Positions 36,282-47,300 of a stretch of 64,000 bases of DNA are shown here, piece after piece. The notes under the pieces were generated by a model. That model worked only from the letters and a program-made list of their open reading frames with translations. It did not search any database and was not told the DNA's origin. Position 1 is the first letter of the stretch. The number at the start of each line of letters is the position of its first letter. A program made the translations under genes and the position numbers. The DNA is from Halocafeteria seosinensis (lineage: Eukaryota). The stretch is from positions 62,001 through 126,000 of the forward strand of contig LVLI01000194.1 of NCBI GenBank assembly GCA_001687465.1, read 5' to 3'.

Positions 36282-36552
36282 AGCAATTGTCAGAGCAGTC
36301 ATTGAACGGCAGACTGTGCACGAACGTAGTGGACTCATTCCGTCAGTCACCGGTTCACATATTGGCCAATCAACTCTGGACGCCATTTGCCTATCATTGC
36401 CGTGTGACTAGCAGCAGTTGTGGCCTTTCTAGCAATATTTACAAGCAGCATGCGACCGTCGCAGCCTAGCTTTGTGGTTGCGTTGGCAGAGAGGCTATAG
36501 TAAATCATGCATGTACGCATCCTGTGCTCTAGACGCCACTCTCCGTAAGCTA

Positions 36553-37652
36553 TTATTTGGAGGACTGCCGTTGAAACTTCAAGATATACAAAGCCTCATT
36601 CATAGCACGCTGGTGTTTCACAACCTGCGAAAAGAGATTGAGATTGGTAGTGGGGAGTGTTTGAGTGGCTCAGAAGAGTCGTCCAACCGCGTACCTGGGT
36701 GCTCATGCGATAGGTCAGCATCAAACTCGTTATATCGCTGATATCATTTTCCGCCACCGCTACCATGTATGCACAACCTTCCTTGCTTAGTACTGTCTGT
36801 ATTCGGTACTATGCGCTAAATCAACCCTGAACGCACTATATGGTGGAGAACGACATACCGACATCATGCGTAGAAACTTGTCAATGACCTCTCTCCCTTT
36901 CACTCCTCCGGCCCAAGAAGCCTCTATACTTCTGTTGACTAAATTCCATTCCACATGTCAATTTTTCCATCTTAATTAACAAATAGTTAAGTACTTACTT
37001 GGAGGCAACTTCTTCAGAAGGAGTTGGAACGTACGGTGGGTTAAACAAAATTACGTCTACCTTTCCCTGTAGACACGACGATAGATGCCTCAGTCGCGAT
37101 ACCTACTTCCCATGCAGGCTGTGATTTTGATGCTTACCTTCAAACGATGTTGCATTGATTCCGCCAAGGAATCGCGTACAATTTCCACGTTATTAATCTC
37201 ATTCAGTCTGCACGTGGCCGAAGTCTCCCGACAGGCCGCCACTCCCAGTTCCACTGCGAAAACAACTGTATGTGTAGGACTCGGTCCAGCGGCCATAAGT
37301 TGACTGAAATACGTGCTGATCACTCCTGAGCCAGGCCTGTACACCATATGTATATATATATATATCGCTGTCAGCACAAAATGCACATCTGTCCAGACGT
37401 GACCTACCCAATTTCCATGCAGATACTCGGGTTCAAGGCTTTCAGGCTGACATACTCCTCCAGTAGCGCGTCCAGAAAGAGATATGTATCTTCCGATGGC
37501 TCGTAAAAGTCCATGGATGCCTGTAAACATGGCACATATCAAACAACATCCATCATCATAACATCATCTTCACAAGTTCTTACGGAGGGCAGATGTCCTG
37601 ATGCAATATCAGGGACCACCGCATGATTATTCTGGTCACGGAGACGTTCCAT
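36553..37652 (-). CDS. N6AMT1: HemK2/N6AMT1 (MTQ2) eRF1 glutamine N5-methyltransferase
   Basis: Spliced product MERLRDQ...FYEPSEDTYLFLDAL...CMEIGPGSGVIST...VDVILFNPPYVPTPSEE...SIEASWAGGVKGREVIDKF...LSKEGCAYMVAVAEN...NEALYILKF. Seven exons with canonical GT-AG introns. Confidence 0.93.
37351..37365. repeat. (TA)n microsatellite inside an N6AMT1 intron
   Basis: tatatatatatatat. Confidence 0.85.
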
Positions 37653-38971
37653 GGAAGCAGCCCTCTACTTGATCACGTCATAAAATGCCGGCAAGCCGCA
37701 TGAGAAGAGAGAGTCTGGCCACAATATGGGTTCGTCCTCGATGTGAAGTTAAACTCAAATGGACTGTCCCTTGAAATCATCTGGGCTCGTGTTGCTGACA
37801 TGGACATACGTTTTTTGGTACTTCCGAGTGCCCAGACATCGTCTGACAACTTCGGAAGGTGGAATTGTGCACGTACCTGCTGCCATTGGAGTTGCAGGAT
37901 CCGACGTTAGAACCAGGAAATGTGGTGCCGGATAACAGATCTCATTGCAGACTCGGAGTGTCACGGAAGTGAATGTTGTATTCTTTGGCAGGTAAGACAG
38001 TTAGATTTGAACCTTCATTCGGGACGAACGTGCCCGATACATTAATTGTAGCCGGTGTTCTTACTTTCACACAGCATACAGATATACTGGCAGCATACTA
38101 ATACAATTGTACAACCAGTATGTGGTGCTATTACCCAGTATTGCTCCCACCGGAAGACGAGAAGGCTACAGGCTACCCTCCGCCATGGAAAAATTAAATC
38201 CTACCCGGAACCGCTCCAACATCTTCGCGCATCAATGTCATTAGCTTGCGAAAGTTCTCGGCCGGTGGGCTATCTGTCACATTTTTGTATGTGAGTTCTT
38301 GCCCGGTGCTTTTCCTGGCAATTCTTGAAATTCCTTTCTCTAATTACCCCGTTTGCACTCAGGCTGTACAGTTTATTGGGCATCACTAAATGTAACCACG
38401 CAACAACATCCCGCAGCTGCTCCTCCGTACCAGATAGCTTGGACCGTTTTACACGCAGTGACCGACGTGACAGTGTAACGGTAGTCACGCGCGCAGCCTG
38501 CGCCCGGTTCCGGGCTCATTGAAGGGGTAAGTTCGGAAATCAGAAAGCCTTAGAAGTCCTGAGAAAGGCCGCTGCGTCTGGTGTAGCTACACAATCTAAC
38601 GGAAAAGCATCGCAGTTGTGCTGACGTTGTAAAATTGCGGATACTTCCAATACACTTTCCAAAACGTCACATGCAGGTTTTCGGTTTCTAAAATGACCAC
38701 TTTTGAGCCTTGTTTCGGTCACTCGCATATTACTCAGCTCATCCAGGATAGGAACGGGGTTGCTCCTCGATTTGTTACGGTAGTTCTGTTGCTGGAGCAT
38801 ATACGGCCAAGTTGCGGTCCATCTCTTCCAAGAGACTAATGACTGCGGCCCCAATCTTCTTGTGCGTAGGTTCCTTCAGCTTCTTCAAAAGCCTCTTGCA
38901 GTGGCCCTCCATCTACTCGTATATTTCGCAAATGAATGACTAACGTACCTTTCAAATTCTGTCATTGACTG

Positions 38972-40981
38972 TTAGTCCTCGTCACTGGTGGAGTCCTCCT
39001 CGCTTGTGGAATCCATTTCCCCACTGCTGCTAGTTTCGTCGATATCTGGGTTGATATAGGGGGCCTCGTCGTTATAAACCATTCCTGATTCGGACTCGCT
39101 CTCGTCGCTGCTGCTGCTTTCATCTGACACCGGTTCATCGTACACATTTAGTTCTTGTAGTTGGGGGATTGAAGCGTACTCAGCCATATGCCGCTCTGGA
39201 ACTGTGAGAGAAAGTAAGCTACTTAAGTGATCGAACGTATGGGAAGATATGGGAACATTAGTTGTTGCAAAAAGATCCATCCTACGCAAGTTTTGCAAAT
39301 GGATGAAGGCTGTGTCCGTTATCAAAGGATGGGATCTGACGTGCAAATCCAAAGAAGTTAGTCCACTCAAATATTTGAACAGTCTACTAGTAACTGCGCA
39401 TACAGGCTTCACATTGAGACCTAAATGCTTCAGATTTCTCAGATGTTGGAATGCTTCGTCTGTTATGCGCGTGCCGTCTACGTGGCTCACACTCATGTCT
39501 AATCCAGTAAGGTTAGACACAAAGCTGAAGAATTCGTTGGTCAGCACACGATCACAGTACATCGCATCCAAATACACAAGCTTATCCAGAGCGGTATCAA
39601 TATTTTGTAGCGCAGAGCTGCGCGCATACGGTATATACAGTGCTGTGAGGTTTTGAAGTTGCGACATCCACGAGTCAGTGGACGGCAAAGTTAGATCTCC
39701 AACATGCAACGACGAGAGGGAAGTCAACGAGCTCAATTGTTCGACGTTCAAATACGGCCTTGCCTGAACATCCAACCAGGTCAGGCTGTGACTAGGGAGA
39801 TTGAAAAACGCTGTAGCAGACACCGGACAGCCAGTGTGCGATAAATCCAACTTTCTCAGTCGACTTAGATGCTTGAACGCTTCCGCAACGTCTACGCCAT
39901 CGTAGCCGGTCAACCATAGTGTTTCCAGATTTGGAAGATGTCGGAAAGCGTTTGCAGTGATCCCATCCGGTGTGTAGTACGAGATATCGAGGCTAGTCAA
40001 CTTCGAGAGATGCCGGAAACAATCGTCTGTCACTACGGGCGTTAGTGCTTGCCTTAAATCGGTAGGACACCTGCCCGAAACGTCAAGATGAAGCAGGTTG
40101 CGCAACCTGCGGAACCCCTGCGGAGTAAGCGATGATTTATCGACACCCCGAACTTTCAGAGATGTGAGTTTGCTCATGCTGCCCAAAACTGAATCGGTGA
40201 AATACTCGGCAGGATATGGGAGCTCAACCCACAAATCCTTTAAATTTCTGAGGGGCTGGGTAGACGCTGTGACCAGCTGCTGTTGCTGTCGGCTACAACA
40301 CCGCAGTTCTAGTTTTGTCAGCTGGGACGTATGTCTCAGAAATTTATCGTCTAGTAATTCTACTATTGGGCCTTCGAGTTCTAGCGCGGACACGCTCGTC
40401 AGGTAGTTGAAAGCTTCGCCGTCGAGAGAGCACCGCTTCAGTCGCAGAGTTCTTAATTTTTGCAGCTTCATGAGATTGTTGTAATGCAAGTCACCAAAGC
40501 AAACGTTATTAACAATTTCCACTGTACCCTCAAAGTTGGATGTATCTACTGGTCGGGGCACGAACCCTACATGTTGAGGCTCATCATCCAAACGCACGAA
40601 TTCAAACCATGCGCGCGGCCACGGCAGCTGCTCCATGAGTTCCAATGCACCCTCAGGAAAAAGCCACAGGCAAACTTTTATCCAATACCTGATAGACTTA
40701 ACAACGTCGTATTGATGCTTCTGGTTCCACATCATATAAGTTCTGAAGAGGTTCCATTGAGGATAGTGTTTTGGAGAAATGCGTCTGACGGCTTTCGTGG
40801 CTACACCAGCCTCTCGAGTGACTGCAGTACGTTGTCGTTTGCTGCTTCGCCTCCCTCTAGCAGCGGCTACCGCACCGGCACGTCCTCGATTGGGTCTTGT
40901 AGAGCTCCTAGAATTCCTGGCACCGGGATTTGGTCTTCCAGTGGAGCCCAATTGCCTTCCACTTCGGGTTTCAACTACCAT
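38972..40981 (-). CDS. Leucine-rich repeat protein, intronless, with a basic N-terminus and an acidic C-terminal tail
   Basis: Repeated units of about 25 aa, LxxLxxLDL....ITDxAFxHL (e.g. VTDDCFRHLSKLTSLDIS, ITDEAFQHLRNLKHLGL, ITDTAFIHLQNLRRMDL). Confidence 0.88.
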   Translation of the reverse strand: MVVETRSGRQLGSTGRPNPGARNSRSSTRPNRGRAGAVAAARGRRSSKRQRTAVTREAGVATKAVRRISPKHYPQWNLFRTYMMWNQKHQYDVVKSIRYWIKVCLWLFPEGALELMEQLPWPRAWFEFVRLDDEPQHVGFVPRPVDTSNFEGTVEIVNNVCFGDLHYNNLMKLQKLRTLRLKRCSLDGEAFNYLTSVSALELEGPIVELLDDKFLRHTSQLTKLELRCCSRQQQQLVTASTQPLRNLKDLWVELPYPAEYFTDSVLGSMSKLTSLKVRGVDKSSLTPQGFRRLRNLLHLDVSGRCPTDLRQALTPVVTDDCFRHLSKLTSLDISYYTPDGITANAFRHLPNLETLWLTGYDGVDVAEAFKHLSRLRKLDLSHTGCPVSATAFFNLPSHSLTWLDVQARPYLNVEQLSSLTSLSSLHVGDLTLPSTDSWMSQLQNLTALYIPYARSSALQNIDTALDKLVYLDAMYCDRVLTNEFFSFVSNLTGLDMSVSHVDGTRITDEAFQHLRNLKHLGLNVKPVCAVTSRLFKYLSGLTSLDLHVRSHPLITDTAFIHLQNLRRMDLFATTNVPISSHTFDHLSSLLSLTVPERHMAEYASIPQLQELNVYDEPVSDESSSSDESESESGMVYNDEAPYINPDIDETSSSGEMDSTSEEDSTSDED

Positions 40982-41353
40982 TTTCGCTTTTCACCGGCAC
41001 GTTTCCGGAGCCATGATACCACCACGGGATGAGTACACAATCTGACAATCACCTCTGATATTCATTCAATCGCTTCAATGCTGCATGAGAGTAGCTGTAT
41101 AAAGATAGCGACCAGACAAACATTTGTGAGAGTTGATTGGAATTCAAATGGCCTAATAAGGGCTTGTTTACCAGAAGCTGTGGGCCAGCCTGTGGCAACG
41201 GACATATTTAAGCCGGAAAGTAATGAATGAGAAGAGTAATGTCAGTATTGTCGTGGTATTGCTTCCAAAATGGATGGTCAAATATTGGGAAATGGACGGA
41301 CTCAGTGAAGCGGAACAAGCGACGTGTTACAAACGCAGTCAAGTGCCGGAACT

Positions 41354-44300
41354 TTATGAATCCTTCTTCCCATTTGAACTCAGAGGGAACAAATTCATAG
41401 AATGTGTACATCGGCGCAAAAGAACATCAATTGTGATATTAGCTCGACGTATCTGTAGCAGGAGCATTGGTACGAATACCTGTACCCGCCATGGACGTAC
41501 TCACAGTAGGTGAGCTTGAGGGGAAAGTTGAAACGCAAGTTGCAGAAGGACCTGCGCTCTTCTTCTGACAATGCCTTCCTGCTTTTACTGCTTCTTCAAC
41601 AAGATGGGTAGACGGCTCTTCAATCTCTCGCAGAGGTAGACTCAGTTCATCGTAAGGGCTGTCTAATTCCGATGCCCTCAACACACGGTTGATAAATGAG
41701 TTGTCCAGCTGGGAAATGGCGTTTCGGGATCTATCTTCCCAATCGCGAAAAAGCTCGTAAGAGCGACACAGATAGCAGCGTGATATTTTGAGAAGCTCAG
41801 CGATTGATGAATCTCTTCGGCCTTCTTTTCTCCAGGTACGGCAGATTCGATGAACTTGAAAAGCGGTACTAAAAAAAGAGGCCACACCATCGGGAGTCAT
41901 TAAACCCTCCGTGAAGAGAGAAGGACACCGTTGTGTAACAAAGTGGATAAACCGGAAACAAGAGAGCAATGCCAAATGGATCCCTACGGCCGTAAACGAA
42001 CTTGGGCGATCGGGGCTATCATAAAGCGCACTCAGCAGAGAATAGCACTTATCAAAGTCGAATGTTTTCTCACTTAATTCAAGGTACCAGCGGACATACT
42101 TGATCCGATACAACTCACACTTGGAGTGCTGATGTTGGAGAACGTGAGGAACATCGATGACAGAACGGGCTCCCGAAGAGCTCTCGATATCTTCTTTGAA
42201 ATAGGATACAAGAGGGGTAATCAAATCTATCCTGGGAAATGAGAATTCATAGAGCCAAACGTCAACGATATGGGATTTACGAACTGGGAAAATCACTCGC
42301 AATTCCTCCATTGCATCCTTCGAGGTATAAAGATGGGGCATGACATCGATGACAACCGGTGAGTCACAGCATTCTTTAGGGACTGAAGAGGAGTATGGCT
42401 CGTCGGTGTTATTGCGCTTCCGGATAGCGTCCATAAAAGAGACCTCTGACTCATCGGAGGATTCTTCAGCCATACAACCCAACAGCTTTTCAAAAACGGG
42501 AACGGCTCTCCCCATGACTTTTTCTAAGTCCCTCACTGCTCGCGATAATCTGTAGGCAACTCGATGTTCATTCCTGTCAACTGCTTTCCCGCATACCAAC
42601 GCCCGACAACTATCATGAATAACCACAAGCAATCTTATCAAGTATGATGCCACACGACTTTTCATCAGTGGGGTGTTGCCGTCCCCAAGAATGTTACTTC
42701 CGTCGGAAGCAATGATCCCTTCGTAGAAATGCTTGCAGGTTTCCTCCGAAGTACCTGGGCACTGGGGATGGATAAACCGGGTTAAGCTATGTTGGTACCC
42801 TTCACTGACATACACTTGCGGCACCAATGTCACGGTCTTGAATGCACCCTTCGCTATCCATCTCAGAGTTACTTCTTTCCCCTGAAACACATGAACACTA
42901 TCACCGGCAATACTCAAATTGAGCTTTTCATCATACGCCTGGGACTCTTCCACACCGTTCATCTCCAGAACACGAAGGTGGGACAACTGGGCGTCGGTGA
43001 GCCTTTCAAGCACTAGGCTTTCTCTATATCCCTTATCCAACTCCTCCACGGCATCCAACAATTCCACGAACATACCCATTGCCTCCTTGAGCCGTGTGGC
43101 ATGGAGGCGATACCAAATTCCCGCTGTGCTTTTGTCTGTCTGCTTCGAAGGCATTAGAAGGTGGTACGCCCCTCGCGTGTTCCCCATTATAGCGTCAATA
43201 GAGACGGACGAGTTCGACTGCGAATAGCTCGCGTCTCGCGTCAAATCACTAGCCCAACTCACATCGAGTTCTCGGAGTGTTATGGCCGAGGTAGTAGCAG
43301 ACATCTTTGCTTGCTTTTTCCCCTTCTTTCGCGACTTCAAAGTCCAACAGCCAGCAAATAGACGTACTGCAAACGTTCTTAGCGGTAATAGACGTTGCCG
43401 CTTCTCAAAGTCGTCTGAGAACAAAACAGCATCTCGATTTGCAAAGTTGCGATAGTACAATCGCTCAATGAGGTCAGTCAGCTTAAGCAAACATTTTCCT
43501 AGTATATAGGGAACAAACGTTCCCTGCACATCAAGGCGTGTATTCAAGTACCATAAGCAGCGCGACGTCTTCTGCTGATTCAACCAACCAATAGTAGCAC
43601 ATAATTGCGTAATTACTTCTCCATCTTCGTTGCGGCTCTCTTGAAGCAAATTTTCTCCAAACATTATTTTTTCATAACACTGAGCAATTGCGGAACAACA
43701 CAAGTGAATGTGCTCAAAGCCCTCGTCTAAATTGGTGCTGTCGATTCCATCATTTTCCTGGACTGTATGGTCAACGCGGCGGCACAGCTGCCCAACAATA
43801 AATATATGCGTAATGCACTGCAACGTATCAGCCAACTTTGTCCACAGAGCGGCTGAAGTCAAAACAGACATACTTTCCGCAGCAGGCTCGATGAAACGAG
43901 AGGAAGGAGGTCGTAGGAGAGAGGAGAGATCCAGCCAGAAACAACTCCCTTCGCTCACAAACGGATTACCTCTTATTCTCAGATATGTGGAAAATATTAG
44001 ATCAGTAAATATCGATGCTAGCGAAGACTTTATAGGAAGAGCCAACATGCTAATAGCTCTAAGACGTGCACTCCCACAACTATGCGGCCCACTGGAACGG
44101 GTAGCAAGATATAGTCCTACCATAGCGGCACAGGCGAAGCGTCTCCGGAGCTTTTCCATAACTGCAGTTTCCAGATGATCCTTCGCCGGCCTTTGAACAA
44201 CATGTAGTCGCTGAACATTAGTCCCTGAGAATTCAGTCTGCCCAAACATATCACTGGGTTCGTGAATCAGCTCGTAAGCCCAAGCCCAGTGACTATCATC

Positions 44301-47300
44301 GAGAAGACACTCGATTGCAGGCTCCCCACATGCCCCTAGGTGGTTCCACCAGAGATCCCTATATTGTAGTGCCAGGATGATCCAAGGTAACGGTTGCGTA
44401 GGGTCGTATGCGGCAAGATTACGCCACGTGGCGATGCGATGAAAACTCACTGTTGCCTCGTAAAGATCCCGATCACTAATGTGGCCGCAAGAATGTAGAC
44501 TGACGATTCGCTTGGCGGCTTCACTATAGAACACACGACGTCTATCACCCTTGCTTGTACCGTTTTCTTCTCCATCCTGCTGAGCCGGGGATCTCTGATT
44601 TCTTTTTCTGCAGTCCGAAAACGCAAAGCGTTGAAGCGTTTTCTCGATGGATGAATGGAGGGACTCCATTGCCTCGCTGTTGTGATCTGTCAAGGTATCT
44701 AACGCCTCAGATACGCGAGCGTTAGAACGGAAAGAATCCCCTACGTTGCTAAGATACTCCAAGAGGACCGCTGAAAATACTCCCCCGAAAGGGTCACGGG
44801 TGGTGCGCTGCTGCATTTCGGACACCTCTCTGAATACGCTGAGACAACTAAAGTGCCACATGTCGAATCCATGAAGAACATCCTCAACAGCATAAACCGT
44901 CCGGCGAGGATTGTCGCTTTGTAAAGAGCCACCGCGCAACCTAGCGAATCGACGGCGTCCTGCACCGTTGTCCAACCGGGCTCTTGTAGAACTATAATTA
45001 TTAGTGAAACGAGAAAGCCACGCAAATCCATCACAGCGATTGACACCGCTACAGGCCTCTTCCAACGTCTTAAGGTCCGAGCTGCTCCAAGTCTCCTTTT
45101 GTCGAAGATTACGCGGAGCCTCTAAGCGCAGGTTGTTCAGTAACTGAAGTTGCTCCTCCTCCTCTTGCAGAAGATCGTTAAGCGAGAGGATCCCATCATC
45201 GCAACCAGTACTTTCCCAAACAAACAAAACACAAAATCTTGACTGCTTTTTTGAGTTAAATCTAGCGGAGGGGTCACCTTGAGGCACCATAACTGGCCGA
45301 AGAACCGAGCACTCCGAGGAAACTTCAGCACCCGTTGGGATGACAACAGGAAACTGCGCATCCATTGACCGGATCCCGCTTCTGATATCGAGATCCTCTA
45401 TATTGCAGCGATCAGTGCAAAGCCCTATACTAAAAATTGACCTCGGAGTATTTGCAGCAAAAAACTCCAGTGAGTCAGATCCCAATTCGTGACTCAAAGA
45501 AATACTCAAGGATGTCATAAATCTAGAGACGTCGTCTGCAGAGAGATCTCTTGTGCAAACCACCTGCAGGAAAGGGCGAAGCGGGCCCTCCAGTAGTGAG
45601 CGTCGAACCACGTCGATTCCACTTGTAGCCTGGATTAGACTAATCTCCATCAGCTCATCAACTGAATTTGTGACAGGCGGGGGGCTCTTTATGAGTTTCC
45701 TAAGGAGACAATATATAGCAGCATGAAAAGAGTCCGGAAAAAGATCACACTTAAGCACAGTACCAAAACGCTTGCATGACTTTGATCGCCCGATCGGTAT
45801 CTCACCATTGATTGGCTTTCCGAGTAAGGGTACGGAAACAGGAGGTTCATGTACATGGGTCAGTGACGCGCTCCTCATGTCCAACGAAGCAAGTATCAGC
45901 GCTATCCAGTGCATGTATCGAGTTTCAAGTGAAGTGGTGTCACAGTCAACATCGTACTGAAACCGAGAATCGATATTAGCTTGAAATTCACGGAGAGAAC
46001 CAGAGTCATTTTGGCTCAAGCACACACATACAGAGGGTGTGTCTCTAAAATGCAATGGCTCAGAGGTGTCTCCTACACGTCGTATCTGGGGAGCCATTTC
46101 CCATGCCTCCTCTAGCTGTTGCGATTCCCGTAGCTTTCGTAGATATTCAAATAGAAACTTTGCATGATCTGCAGGTAGACAAGTGTTCACAGAATGCGGA
46201 CATTTACTCCAATTTGGTCTAGTACCTGATTCCTTGTACGACATCAGAGCGCCAAACGGATATACAGCACTGAAGGGAGGAGACATCACGAGGACCGATC
46301 TTAAGGAAGACTGGGCAGATGGAATTATTTCTTTCAAGAACTGCTCCTGAAAACATTCGTTTATATGTAGGGGAACTACACATGGACGACAGCTCATGCC
46401 AGGCAACATCCAGCTCCTTCGGTCAACCACAAATCCATCAACTTTCCTATATCCTGAATCGGCAACAGCAGGCCATCTACACTGCTGGAACAGATTCGTA
46501 ATAGTATGCCAAATTGGAAAGTTCGATAAGCACAGTACCACTGAACGCGGGAAAATATTTAGTCCATAAAGGAAACCAAAAACATCGGCAACCAACTGCT
46601 GCCTCGCTAAGTAGAAGTCAACACTTCCAAGAGCGCAGACGTTTTCAAGAGCATTGACCTCTCTTTCTTCTAGAGCATGACGGAAAACCAACGACCCAGA
46701 CAGCAGAAATGGAATAGCTTGTATCAAGTCTGCGTGTGAGCGTAGCCTTCCACCTACGCACAATGCCGGGTATCTCGGAAAAAGGTCTCGGCATATATCT
46801 GAGGTGTCGTCTCTTTGCGGCTTCGAATGACCAATAGAGGAAGCAGATGCAATATGTGCGAGCCACTTCAGTTGGACCTCAGGAAAGTCGACGGGAGGAG
46901 CTTGAATGCGGAAAAAATGGGCCTCCTCCTTTGCTGATGCTTCAAACTCCATGGCCTTCTGTAAAAACTTGGGAAGAACTCGGTCTAGCAAACAACTCTC
47001 TTCGCTTACCATCTGATCTAATGATTCGAAAGAGAACGGCGGTGTGTACAAGACCTCCTCCAAAATTCCATTTGTCAAGGTATCCGATACTACTTTTAGA
47101 AACGAACCGTTGCTGGTGCTGATTATACCCGACGCACTTAATAGCTGAACAAATGCAGACGACAGCAAAACAAATTTGTTTCCAAGGGAATATGCCAAAT
47201 GAAGCAAACGCGAACGATAGAGGTTGATGATGTTTTCCGAGTGTGAGCAACCATTACCACCGAAGACGCTACTCAGGTTGCGGGGGAAACCCCAGCCGAG

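Noticed and set aside
37030..37050. NPPY motif as evidence for a DNA N6-adenine methyltransferase
   Set aside because: The flanking YEPSED and WAGG..GREV motifs identify the HemK2/MTQ2 protein glutamine methyltransferase.
41208..41411. Separate 67-aa minus-strand ORF after the giant gene
   Set aside because: It overlaps the probable last exon of the Cabin1-like gene in another frame and has a non-ATG start.
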